From Acidobacteriota bacterium (lineage in GTDB: Bacteria > Acidobacteriota > UBA890 > WLXD01): a DNA stretch of 64,000 bases. The position numbers and the translations under genes were made by a program. The notes beneath the pieces were generated by a model that did no database searches, was not told the DNA's origin, and was given only the letters and a program-made list of their open reading frames with translations. Location of the stretch: assembly GCA_963666055.2 (NCBI GenBank), contig CAXWPH010000015.1:832001-896000 (forward strand), read 5' to 3'. Below are positions 1 through 8,928 of the stretch, piece by piece (the stretch's first letter is position 1; the number at the start of each line of letters is the position of its first letter).

Positions 1-147
1 ACACGTCGACGCCGTAGACGAGTCGTAGTAGGCAAGGGAGGCGGCAAGAGGTTGTCGGAGCCGGCTCGAACGCGCCGCCTGAGTAGCGCATCCTGCGCGA
101 TCAAGAGCTCTACATTCAACCGGCAGGGATCGATCGGGCTGACCTGC

Positions 148-290
148 ACCAAGCTTTGCGTCTCGCTGAGCGTGTAGAAGATCTCCCCGCTCAGCAGCTC
201 GTCTCGTAGCTTGCCGTTGAAGCTCTCCACGGAGCCGTTCTCCCACGGCGAGCCGGGCTCAATGAACAGCGTCTTCACACCGATCCACTC
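148..290 (-). mobile_element. IS3-family transposase (integrase core) C-terminal remnant
   Basis: Manual translation gives GVKTLFIEPGSPWENGSVESFNGKLRDELLSGEIFYTLSE, the hallmark end of IS3 rve domains; the upstream DDE part is absent. Confidence 0.85.
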
Positions 291-825
291 ACCGAGAATG
301 TTGGCGAGCCGCTGCAACGTCTGTCGCGTCGAGCCCCGGTTGGCGGCATAGGCGATGTACTGGCCATCCGGCGACCAGAGCGGTGACTTGTCCTCACCCG
401 CATCAAACGTCAGGCGGCTCAAGTTCCCGAGCCGCAAGTCCCACACCCAGATGTCTGGGTTGGCGTCCCGAATAGTGACGGCAATGCGGCGCTCGTCGGG
501 TGATAGGCGTGGGTACTCGAAGAATCGCTGTTTCCGCGCTGATCAGCTCCTCGTGCCCCTCTCGGTCCACCCAGACCAGCGTTCGCTCGACTTGGCTGGC
601 GGCGTCCGGGAGATATACCAACGATCCCGTAGCAGAAGTGCCGAAGTGCGCGACTCCAGATCCTGCACGCTGGGCCACGCCCCCGATCAGGGAAGAAGGC
701 TCACCGGTCACCTCCAAGCGCTCTGCATCGATAGCACTCCGAATACCGTTCCACCCGACGCATAGACTATGTGTCCCGTGGGTACGTAGCGCGCACCAGT
801 GGCCCCTTCAACCAGCACCCTCAGC
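291..825 (-). pseudogene. Fragment of PD40/TolB-repeat region of the type found C-terminal to Ser/Thr kinases; two frameshifts
   Basis: Three frames join into RVLVEGATGARYVPTGHIVYA...EVTGEP...LVWVDREG...YPRLSPDERRIAV...DIWVWDL...RLTFDAGEDKSPLWSPDGQYIAY; indels near 735 and 530; no 5' end. Confidence 0.75.
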
Positions 826-1324
826 CCGTGGGGCGAGCTGTTTGTGGCGAACCGCAATGACGGAGTGATCTCCCGTTTCGTCTTCGACGCCTCCTTCAAT
901 GCGACCTTCAATGGATCGTTTCTCCACCTCGCCGCCGGCGATGTCCACGGTATCCACGACCTGCAGTTTGCGCCGCCGGCCGCGCTACAAGTGGAGATCG
1001 ACATCAAGCCCGGCAGCTTCCCCAACAGCATCGACCTCAACAGCAACGGTGTGATCCCGGTCGCGATCCTGACCGAGGGCGGATTTGACGCCGACCACGG
1101 TCGACGGTTCAATCGTCCTTTTCGGTCCGGATGCCGCGGTACCCGACCACGGTATCGGCCACTTCGAGGATGTCGACGACGACGGTGACGACGACTGGGT
1201 GGGCCACTTCAGCACCCAGGACACAGGGATTCTCTGCGGAGCGACTGAAGCGACCGTGAATGGCGAGACGCTCGACGCGCAGCAATTGGAAGGCAGCGAT
1301 TCGGTCAACATCGTGCAGTGTTGA
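820..1324 (+). pseudogene. 3' remnant of a secreted protein with IDIKPGS-type C-terminal domain; frameshift near 1091
   Basis: ORFs 799-1188 and 1085-1324 join into IDIKPGSFPNSIDLNSNGVIPVAILT..FDATTVD...EDVDDDGDDDWVGHF..TGILCG...GSDSVNIVQC; no plausible start. Confidence 0.65.
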
Positions 1325-1387
1325 CGAGTCGACCGCGCAGCGGCTAACCGCCCCTGGAGTTCTGCCCGTGCGGACTAGCAGGCCCTC

Positions 1388-3526
1388 CTATCTCGAGTCG
1401 CCGTTAGCGGCGCGCTCGGCCTGCCGGCGGATGTAGTGGCGCAGCGCCAGGAGCTCCTCGTCCGTTAGCTCGGGGTAGGCCGGCATTCCGCGCGCCAGGC
1501 GGGAGCCGTCGCGTACCACGGTGGCGAACGCGATGTCCGAGAGCACGACGCGCGAGGCTCTGAGATCGGGTGCCATTCCTGAAGCGAGCGCGCCCCCACC
1601 GTGGCAGTGAACGCACATGCGATAGCCGCCGGCCCCTTGCCGGGCCAGCGCAACGTCGAGTTCGAAGTCCGCCGACCGGATCGGCACCGGGACCTCCGGT
1701 GGAGGCAATGCCGGAAGGGCGACCCCGCCATCGAGGGAGAACACCACCAAGCGTCGCTCATGAACCCCGTAGGCCCAACCGTGCGATGCGCCGAGCTCCC
1801 CCCCGAACGCGGCCAGCGAGCCACCCCAGCCGACGAGCAGCGCTAAGTACTGGCGCCCGTTGATCGCATAGGTGATCGGCGGGGCGGAGATGCCCAGGCC
1901 GAGGTCGAACATCCAGAGCTCCTCGCCGCTGTTCGCGTCGTAGGCCACGAAGTTGCCGTCGGCGCGCCCCTGGAAGACCAGGTTTCCGGCCGTCGTCATG
2001 GTTCCGGGGTTCCAGTAGCCGTGCAGTGGAATCTCCCAGGCGAGCTCCTGACGCACCGGGTCCCATGCCTGCAACGATCCGCGAACGCCGTCCGCACGGG
2101 AAGGGCTCGAGGCGATCGTCGAGACGCCAGTGCTGAACTCTTGTCGCAACGGCGAGCGCCAGCCTGCGAGGTCAATGCCCTCGTCGCTGTAGGTGACCGA
2201 CTGGTGCAGCACTGGCATGTACGCCAGCCCGGTCATCGGGCTGTACGACATGGCGTGCCAGCTATGGGCGCCGTTGGGGCCCGGGGCGACGGCTGCCGGC
2301 CGATCTTCGAAGCGGGCTCCCGGTACCTCGATCGGACGGCCGGTGGCGAGATCGATTCCTGTCGCCCAGGTGACCTCGGTGAAGGGCTCCGCGGAGATCA
2401 GCTTTCCGGTCTGGCGATCGATGACGTAGAAGAAGCCATTCTTGGGCGCGTGGAGGATCGCCTTCACGTCACGGCCTTCGATCGTGAGATCGGCCAGGAC
2501 GATGTCCATGTTGGAGTTGTAGTCCCAGGTCTCGCCCGGGTTCGTCTGGTAGTGCCAGAGGTACTCGCCGGTGTCGGGGTCGAGGGCGACGATGGAGGAC
2601 AGGAACAGGTTGTCGCCACCGCCGGGGCTGCGGATCTTCCGATTCCAGGGCGAGCCGTTGCCGGTGCCGACATAGAGCACGTCGAGGTCGGCGTCGTAGG
2701 TGAACCCGTGCCAGGCGTTGCCGCCACCGCCGTACTTCCACCACTCACCGGTCCAGGTCTCGGCGGCCATAGCCATGGCGTCGTTCTCGAAACCGTCTGC
2801 GGGGTTGCCGGGCACGATCCAGAAACGCCAGGCCTGCTCGCCGGTCTCGGCGTCGTAGGCGGTGACGTAGCCGCGCGAGGCGCCGAGCTCGGTGCCGCCG
2901 TTGCCCACCAGCACCTTCCCCTTGAAGATCTTGGGGGCGCCGGTGATGAAGTAGTGAAGGTCCGGATCGATCGTCGCTGTGCTCCACAGCTCGCCGCCGG
3001 TGGCGGCATCGAGCGCCACGAGAACGCCGTCCCAGGTGGCGAGGTAGACCTTCCCCTTCCAGAAGCCGATACCGCGGTTGTGGTCCCAACCGACGCGTGA
3101 GCGGCGGCTCGACGCACGCTCCATGACCTTCGGGTCGTACTCCCAGAGGAGCGCACCGGTGGCGGCGTCGACGGCCCGCACGATGTTCATGCTGCCGTTG
3201 AAATACAGCACTCCGTCGACGACCAGCGGAGTCGACACCAGGCCCCGGTCGTTCGGTAGATCGAGATACCAGTCGACCGCCAGGCCGCCTACGTTGGAGG
3301 TGTTGATCTGGGTTAGCGGGCTGAAGCGTTGCTCGCTGTAAGTCCGGCCGAACGCCAGCCAGTCCTCGCCGCGGGATTCGTCCGCCAGCGCGATGTCGTC
3401 CACCTCGCGGAACGTCTGCGCGGCATCCGACAGCTGTGCGGCGCAGGCACACAACACAATCAGCGCGGCGAACCACCACCGACACCGGCTCTTACGACGC
3501 AACGGCGCTACCGGCGGAAGTTTCAT
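1388..3526 (-). CDS. Quinohaemoprotein (type II) PQQ-dependent dehydrogenase with C-terminal cytochrome c
   Basis: Signal peptide, RFSPLTQIN, GNGGTE, GTGNGSPW, WDYNSN, W-motif propeller repeats, C-terminal CVHCH...APDLR. Confidence 0.92.
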   Translation of the reverse strand: MKLPPVAPLRRKSRCRWWFAALIVLCACAAQLSDAAQTFREVDDIALADESRGEDWLAFGRTYSEQRFSPLTQINTSNVGGLAVDWYLDLPNDRGLVSTPLVVDGVLYFNGSMNIVRAVDAATGALLWEYDPKVMERASSRRSRVGWDHNRGIGFWKGKVYLATWDGVLVALDAATGGELWSTATIDPDLHYFITGAPKIFKGKVLVGNGGTELGASRGYVTAYDAETGEQAWRFWIVPGNPADGFENDAMAMAAETWTGEWWKYGGGGNAWHGFTYDADLDVLYVGTGNGSPWNRKIRSPGGGDNLFLSSIVALDPDTGEYLWHYQTNPGETWDYNSNMDIVLADLTIEGRDVKAILHAPKNGFFYVIDRQTGKLISAEPFTEVTWATGIDLATGRPIEVPGARFEDRPAAVAPGPNGAHSWHAMSYSPMTGLAYMPVLHQSVTYSDEGIDLAGWRSPLRQEFSTGVSTIASSPSRADGVRGSLQAWDPVRQELAWEIPLHGYWNPGTMTTAGNLVFQGRADGNFVAYDANSGEELWMFDLGLGISAPPITYAINGRQYLALLVGWGGSLAAFGGELGASHGWAYGVHERRLVVFSLDGGVALPALPPPEVPVPIRSADFELDVALARQGAGGYRMCVHCHGGGALASGMAPDLRASRVVLSDIAFATVVRDGSRLARGMPAYPELTDEELLALRHYIRRQAERAANGDSR

Positions 3527-5211
3527 CTGGCTCGCTCGAATCGGAAGTTCCTCACACGTCCGGAGTCGAGGGTGAATCCGGTGACCTGTCCGCTCGCGTC
3601 GCGTTGGAAACGGAGTGCTCCGACGCCGTCTGCCGTCAACAGGTCCTCGGCCAGCGGGGTCAACTTCGACGGATCCCGCTTGAGCCAGTGGATGGTCAGC
3701 TGCCCTTGGTTCAGATCGATGTGATAGGTCACCGCCAGCTCGGGACTCTGGTATTCGCCGGCGAACTCACCAAGGCTGCTTTCGGAGAGCTCGATGGGAG
3801 GGACCCTGTCCGCCTCCTCGATGCTCGACGGATCGTCGGCGAACCAAAACAGCGCCCTCTCGGCGCGGTGCGCCGCGGGTTCGAATCGCAACAGGAGGTC
3901 CGCCGGGGGCACCGAGAACCGGCCGTTGCCAGTGTGGATCATTTCGAAATTCCGCCCGCCGAAGCTGAGCTCGACGGAATTCTTCTGACGGACGATTCGA
4001 AGCACCGACGCGAAGCCGTCGGACCAGTAGACACCCTCGATGTGGGACACCTCTTCGTCTGTCAGGGCGACGGCGTTCATCGTGGCGGGTTGCTCGCTGT
4101 CGGCCGGATCGAGGCGCCCCTCCAGGTAGATGTCGGCAAGCTCCCGTGTCAGTTGCGCCGGGTTCGTCTGCGCCAGGTTGCACAGCACCACGAAGCTGTA
4201 GCCCTGATCCGGGAATCGAACGAAGTGCGAGCGGTAGCCGGCGTCCGAGCCTCCGTGGCCCACTGTTCGGAGCCCTCGATAGGCTCCGTGAACGAGCCCG
4301 AACGCGTAGTCCTGCTGCTCTCCGCTGTTGAGTCGCCCAGGCTCATGGATCAGATCGAGCAACTCCTTTCCCCCGACCGTGGCGTCGATGAAGTTCCGGT
4401 CCCACCGGGCCATGTCCTCGACGGTGGTCAGCAAGCTGGTCGCACCCACCGTGTCGAAGTTGGTGACGCTCAGACGGAAGGCGGATGCTTCATCGTCCCA
4501 GCGGTAGCCGAACGCTTGGCCCTTGACGATCTCGGAGAAATCGTCTCGAAAGTGGGTGCGCGTCATACCCAGCGGCTCGAAGATCCGGCCGGTGGTGAAC
4601 TCCCGTAGCGATTGTCCGCTGACCGCCTTGACGATCTGGCTCATCAGCGTGTAGCCGCTATTGGAGTAGAGGTATCGTTCTCCGGGCAGGAAATTGAGAT
4701 CTCGCTGCCGCTTGATCAGATAGATGACGTCGTCGTCGGTGATCAGGTCGCGGGAGTATCTCCAGCCGGTCATTTCCAGCAGGGCCCACTGATCGCGGAT
4801 GCCACTGTTGTGGTGGATCAGGTTGCGAATGGTGATCGTATGTCCGAAATCAGGGACCCATGGCAGGTGTTTTCGAACCGGATCGTCCAGCGACAGCTGA
4901 CCCTCGATGGCCAACAGCGCTATGGCGCCGGCGGTGAACTCTTTCGACACGCTCGCCACGTGGAAGATGGTGTCGGTGCGGACGGGGACGTCGTGATCGA
5001 GGTTCGCTATCCCGTAAGCCTGCTTGTAGACGATCTCGCCGTTCTTGACGACGGAAACGGCGCAGCCCGGGCTCGTGGTCGTGTCCCATCGGGAGAACAC
5101 CTCGTCGACCCTTTCCTCCGGCGAGGGCCCGAGTCCTGAATCTTGAGCGAACACGGGAAGGCAGACGCAAAGCGCGACCACCGTTTTCTCGATGAGCGAC
5201 GTTCGGAGCAT
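3523..5211 (-). CDS. Exported serine hydrolase, beta-lactamase class C/AmpC-like family
   Basis: SVSK (SxxK), YSN and HGGS motifs; ATG 5211 preceded by GGAG; signal peptide; 4-nt overlap with downstream gene. Confidence 0.9.
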   Translation of the reverse strand: MLRTSLIEKTVVALCVCLPVFAQDSGLGPSPEERVDEVFSRWDTTTSPGCAVSVVKNGEIVYKQAYGIANLDHDVPVRTDTIFHVASVSKEFTAGAIALLAIEGQLSLDDPVRKHLPWVPDFGHTITIRNLIHHNSGIRDQWALLEMTGWRYSRDLITDDDVIYLIKRQRDLNFLPGERYLYSNSGYTLMSQIVKAVSGQSLREFTTGRIFEPLGMTRTHFRDDFSEIVKGQAFGYRWDDEASAFRLSVTNFDTVGATSLLTTVEDMARWDRNFIDATVGGKELLDLIHEPGRLNSGEQQDYAFGLVHGAYRGLRTVGHGGSDAGYRSHFVRFPDQGYSFVVLCNLAQTNPAQLTRELADIYLEGRLDPADSEQPATMNAVALTDEEVSHIEGVYWSDGFASVLRIVRQKNSVELSFGGRNFEMIHTGNGRFSVPPADLLLRFEPAAHRAERALFWFADDPSSIEEADRVPPIELSESSLGEFAGEYQSPELAVTYHIDLNQGQLTIHWLKRDPSKLTPLAEDLLTADGVGALRFQRDASGQVTGFTLDSGRVRNFRFERAR

Positions 5212-5269
5212 TGCACGGTTCTCCGCAGGGTGGGCGGGGCTCGACTTCGTCTCGAAGACGGTACTACCG

Positions 5270-5291
5270 GAGTTCTTCAGCACACTGCTAG
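5270..5291. repeat. Solo CTAG-terminated MITE/IS-like end, type B (GAGTTCTTCAGCACACTGCTAG)
   Basis: Reverse complement closely matches TAGCAGGGTGCTGAAAAACTC at 34107-34127. Confidence 0.6.
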
Positions 5292-5424
5292 GGCACTGCC
5301 GGACGCTGCTCCTACGCACCCTCGCTGTCAAGTGGGTGGGATCTGGCTAGCTTGGCGTTGTGTGCGGCGCGCGGCTATGCTGCGTGGGATCTAGGAGGCT
5401 GCGTGGCAGGGAAGGAGTAAGCTC

Positions 5425-6384
5425 ATGAGCACGAAGGGCAGGTGGTTGTTTGGTGTTGGCGTTTCGTTGGTGGCCGTCGTCGCGTGGAGTGTCGGAGCGA
5501 GCGCGGGTAGGGCCCCAACAGCCGAGGGCGCTGCGTCGATGGGCTACACGTTCGATCCCGGTGGGATGTACCGAATGCCGACACATTTCGGCCCCCGTAC
5601 TGGCCCGCGACGAGGGCCGAACGGCGAGACGTTCGACAACGTCGGCGCACCACAGAAGAAGACCATCGCGGTGAGCTTCCTCACCAATGCAGACCAGCTT
5701 GCAGCGCTGCTCCCCGAGGGGTTCTCGCTCAACGGCGAGCCGGTGGTCACCGTCGCAGCGACCTACATCACCGAGATCCCGTGGCTCGCCGGCCGCGGCT
5801 ACAACATCCTCGGTGTCAGCTTTCCCGCCAAGTTCGAGGGCAGGGAAGATCGCGCCAGCGGCAGCATCTTGCTGGTGCTCTGGGAAAACCTCACGGATCC
5901 AATCCTTACCGGACGCGACGAGCTGGGGTTCTCGAAGATCTACGCCGACCTTCCCGAGCCCAGAGTGTACGAAGGAGAGACCCACGTCACCGCCAGCTGG
6001 ATGGGCTTCAAGTTCCTCGACCTGAGCGTGAAGGAATTGCAGGAGGTGCCGGTTGGCGACGGCGGGTCGACGCCGGCCGACCGAACAGATGGCGAGCTAC
6101 GAGGAACGCTTCACTACAAGTACATCCCGAAGACCGGCGAGTGGGGCACTGCCGACGTGCATTACGCCGTTCTGAGTCCCTCTGGCAATACGAACGAGGT
6201 CCCCAAGGGAGCCTGGCGAGGCGAGGGGACGTTGCAGTTCCACCGGGCACGCTGGGAGGACATGCCGACCCAATACAACATCGTCAACGCGCTCGCGGAT
6301 CTCGAGATCAAGGAGTTTCGTGGCGCCAGGATATCGACGGCAGTTGGCGGCAAGGACTTGAGCGACCAGCGCATTCTGAGGTAG
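5425..6384 (+). CDS. Acetoacetate decarboxylase-like (ADC) family protein with N-terminal signal-like extension
   Basis: YRMPTHFGP, WLAGRGYN, GRDELGFSK (Schiff-base Lys position); AAGGAG RBS. Confidence 0.85.
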   Translation: MSTKGRWLFGVGVSLVAVVAWSVGASAGRAPTAEGAASMGYTFDPGGMYRMPTHFGPRTGPRRGPNGETFDNVGAPQKKTIAVSFLTNADQLAALLPEGFSLNGEPVVTVAATYITEIPWLAGRGYNILGVSFPAKFEGREDRASGSILLVLWENLTDPILTGRDELGFSKIYADLPEPRVYEGETHVTASWMGFKFLDLSVKELQEVPVGDGGSTPADRTDGELRGTLHYKYIPKTGEWGTADVHYAVLSPSGNTNEVPKGAWRGEGTLQFHRARWEDMPTQYNIVNALADLEIKEFRGARISTAVGGKDLSDQRILR

Positions 6385-7527
6385 TGAATTCGCCGATTCC
6401 TGCATCGCCGTGTCCGAGTGCCCGGCAGAGGGCGTGGGCGTGGACGCGCCTTCCATGATTCGAACCCACTCCGGATCGGACCAGAGCGTCTCGAACCTGG
6501 CGTTGCGTGGAAGACCGCCGCTGCCACGGCGCCTGTTGTAGGGATTGATCTCGACCGCCCGCCGAATCGCATCGAGCGCATCTTGCCGATGTCCCAGGTC
6601 GAGATGCATACGTGCCAGTGCGATCCAGACCTGGTCCTTGTTGGGGATCTTGTCGCGCAACTCCTGGACCATCTGCAGGCCGCGCTCCCGGTCGCCGTCA
6701 TCGAAGACCTGGTTGGCGTCGGCGATGATTCCCCGGGAGCGACGGATGGTGAGCAGGCGACGCAGCTCGACCAACGGTGTCGGGTGGTCGTTGACGCGGA
6801 GATCCTCGGCGACGTCGGAGTAGTCGGCGGCGCCTCCCCGCAGCTGGACGATGAACAACGCCGCCGACTGCTGTCCTCGCCGGTCGCCGCCGCCCGCCTG
6901 GGCCGCCTCCATAGCGTCGAGGATCCGGTCTGCCAGAGGCTTTCCGCTCGTCGACTCGAACGACTCCGCCAACCCTTCGACGACCTCGGGCCCCACCATG
7001 CTGTTGGCCTGGGCGCAATAATCGACCCCGCACCGGTGTCCTTTCCAAGCCTCCTCGGGGTCCTCGCGGGGGTGGGAGTAGACGTCGAGCCCGACCGGAC
7101 CGCCGCCGGTGAACGCCGCGGTACGGCCCTGGATATCGAGAATTGCCACCTGTCTGCGGGCGCTCGCCGCGTCACTGCGCACCAACTGAGCCATGATCTC
7201 CTGCGGGTGCAGGCCGGCCATGAGCATCTCCATCCCGATCCTGCCGTAGAACGGGTTCGACGACATCTGATGCACGATGACCCCGACGCCGCCCCTGAAC
7301 GACGAACCGTTGCGGCCGACGGCCAGGACCCGGCTTGCCACACCGATGCCCAGCTCTTCGGTGGCCGGGTCACGCGCGATGATCGAGTAGGTGCTCAGGT
7401 AGTCGGGGTCGTATTCGGTGCTCGTCGGGTCGTAGACGTAGTCCCGATCGCTGACCGACTCCTGGGCGGCGAGTGGCATCGCTGCCAAGAGGATCAGTAC
7501 TGTGAGTCCACCGCGTGTGGCTCGCAT
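6097..7527 (-). CDS. DUF1028 (Ntn-hydrolase-like) protein with C-terminal TPR
   Basis: TYSIIARDPATEELGIGVAS, RQVAILD, GGDRRGQQSAAL, LRVNDHPTP; RBS GGAGG; signal peptide; 3' end runs 288 nt into the convergent gene. Confidence 0.85.
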   Translation of the reverse strand: MRATRGGLTVLILLAAMPLAAQESVSDRDYVYDPTSTEYDPDYLSTYSIIARDPATEELGIGVASRVLAVGRNGSSFRGGVGVIVHQMSSNPFYGRIGMEMLMAGLHPQEIMAQLVRSDAASARRQVAILDIQGRTAAFTGGGPVGLDVYSHPREDPEEAWKGHRCGVDYCAQANSMVGPEVVEGLAESFESTSGKPLADRILDAMEAAQAGGGDRRGQQSAALFIVQLRGGAADYSDVAEDLRVNDHPTPLVELRRLLTIRRSRGIIADANQVFDDGDRERGLQMVQELRDKIPNKDQVWIALARMHLDLGHRQDALDAIRRAVEINPYNRRRGSGGLPRNARFETLWSDPEWVRIMEGASTPTPSAGHSDTAMQESANSLPQNALVAQVLAANCRRYPGATKLLDLEIRERVDDVVLGRHVLPACPVELQRPLASPGSLGDLVRIARGTQNGVMHVGSAPLAGLRDVLVVKRSS

Positions 7528-7561
7528 CTCGCCCTCCTGTCGGTTTCCGCGATGGTTGTGT

Positions 7562-8839
7562 CTACCGCCTGTCTCCCGTCCCGGCGCCGGATATCTGCCA
7601 TAGCGACAGCGATGAAGCATCCTTGATGAGCACTCCTCGCCGGGTCGGTACGGGATGCGCGTAGGTGCCGCTCTCGGCTACCTCGTAACGCGCCAGCGGC
7701 TGAAAACCGGCCGCATCAGCTGCAAGCACGATCAGCTCGCCGCCATCGGTAAGGGCGAGGAGGCGATCCCCGATTCCCACGATCGCCGCGTTGTCGCCCT
7801 CCCTGCCGCGGCTGGTCCAGAGGGTTTGGCCGCTAGTGGCGTCGAGGGCGAAGAACTGTCCGCTGCGCTTGTGCGAGAACCCGAACAGCCGCGTGCCGAC
7901 CAGCACCGGCGAGCTCATATACATGGGCAGGTCGTCATTACGCCAGAGCTCCACCGATGTCCATGAGTCGCCATCGCGGCGGATCTCGACCGCGAAGACA
8001 CCCCGATCCAGCCCGGAGAAGATCAAATGCTCACCATCGACCAGAGGCGTGACGATGCTCTGGTCGTATTCGGTCGTGAACGGGATCTTCCAGAGGATAC
8101 GGCCGCTCTCCGGGGTCACCCCGACGATGTGGGTATCGGTTTGGGTGATGAGCTGACGCTGCCCGTGTAGCTGCAACAGAATCGGGGAAGAGTGTCCGGG
8201 ACCATCGCCGCGGGTGGTCCAAATCGGTTCGCCGGTGTCCACATCGAATGCGGCAATCCCGCCATCGTGATAACCGCCAACGTGAATGAAGACGCTGCCG
8301 CCATCGACCAACGGCGATGCTGAGGCACCGTAGATTGGTGAGGTAGTCGGGTACTCGCTGGCGAACTCACGACGCCAAACAAGGTCGCCGCTTTCGGCAT
8401 CGAAACAAGACAGGATGCCGTCGATGCCGAATACATAGAGCTTGCCGCCGGAGAGCACGGGAGTGGACTTGGGCCCGTCGCCATGGCGGGTTGCGGACAC
8501 GTTCACTTCGTAGGGGGCGGCGTAGGCTTGTCGCCAGATGGTGGCGCCGCTGCTCAGATCAAGCGATCGAACGACCTCTTCATCGGCTTCCCGCGTCAGC
8601 AGGAAGATGCGATCTCCTGTCACCACCGGGCTGGAATAGCCACGCCCCACTTCGACGCGCCAGCGGAGCTCGAGCCCGCTCGGCAGGGCGGCCGGGAGCA
8701 GCTCTGCGGCAGCTTTGCCGTCACGCTGTGACCCGCGCCACTGCGTCCACTCCTGCCCGAGCGCCGTTGCCGGCTCAGCAGCCAGCCAGCTGAGCGCCAA
8801 GAGCCAGCCGAGGTGCCGTAAGTGCTTTCCGTGTCTCAT
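7562..8839 (-). CDS. PQQ-like beta-propeller repeat protein (BamB-like family)
   Basis: EWTQWRGSQRDG, GYSSPVV, GASASPLV, repeated TG..W; signal peptide; start chosen after GGGAG. Confidence 0.85.
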   Translation of the reverse strand: MRHGKHLRHLGWLLALSWLAAEPATALGQEWTQWRGSQRDGKAAAELLPAALPSGLELRWRVEVGRGYSSPVVTGDRIFLLTREADEEVVRSLDLSSGATIWRQAYAAPYEVNVSATRHGDGPKSTPVLSGGKLYVFGIDGILSCFDAESGDLVWRREFASEYPTTSPIYGASASPLVDGGSVFIHVGGYHDGGIAAFDVDTGEPIWTTRGDGPGHSSPILLQLHGQRQLITQTDTHIVGVTPESGRILWKIPFTTEYDQSIVTPLVDGEHLIFSGLDRGVFAVEIRRDGDSWTSVELWRNDDLPMYMSSPVLVGTRLFGFSHKRSGQFFALDATSGQTLWTSRGREGDNAAIVGIGDRLLALTDGGELIVLAADAAGFQPLARYEVAESGTYAHPVPTRRGVLIKDASSLSLWQISGAGTGDRR

Positions 8840-8928
8840 CCGCTCCCCACAGTCTCTCCAAGGACGATCGAACCAGCACCCTAGCACTCCGTGCCGCGCC
8901 AGACGACGCCACGATAAGAAACCCGCTC

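Noticed and set aside
3523-5211. Beta-lactam resistance gene
   Set aside because: Motifs fit the broad serine hydrolase family; nothing indicates true AmpC activity
2021-7626. Long antisense ORFs (2021-3100, 3436-4608, 6418-7626 and similar elsewhere)
   Set aside because: Shadow frames of GC-rich genes with no motifs
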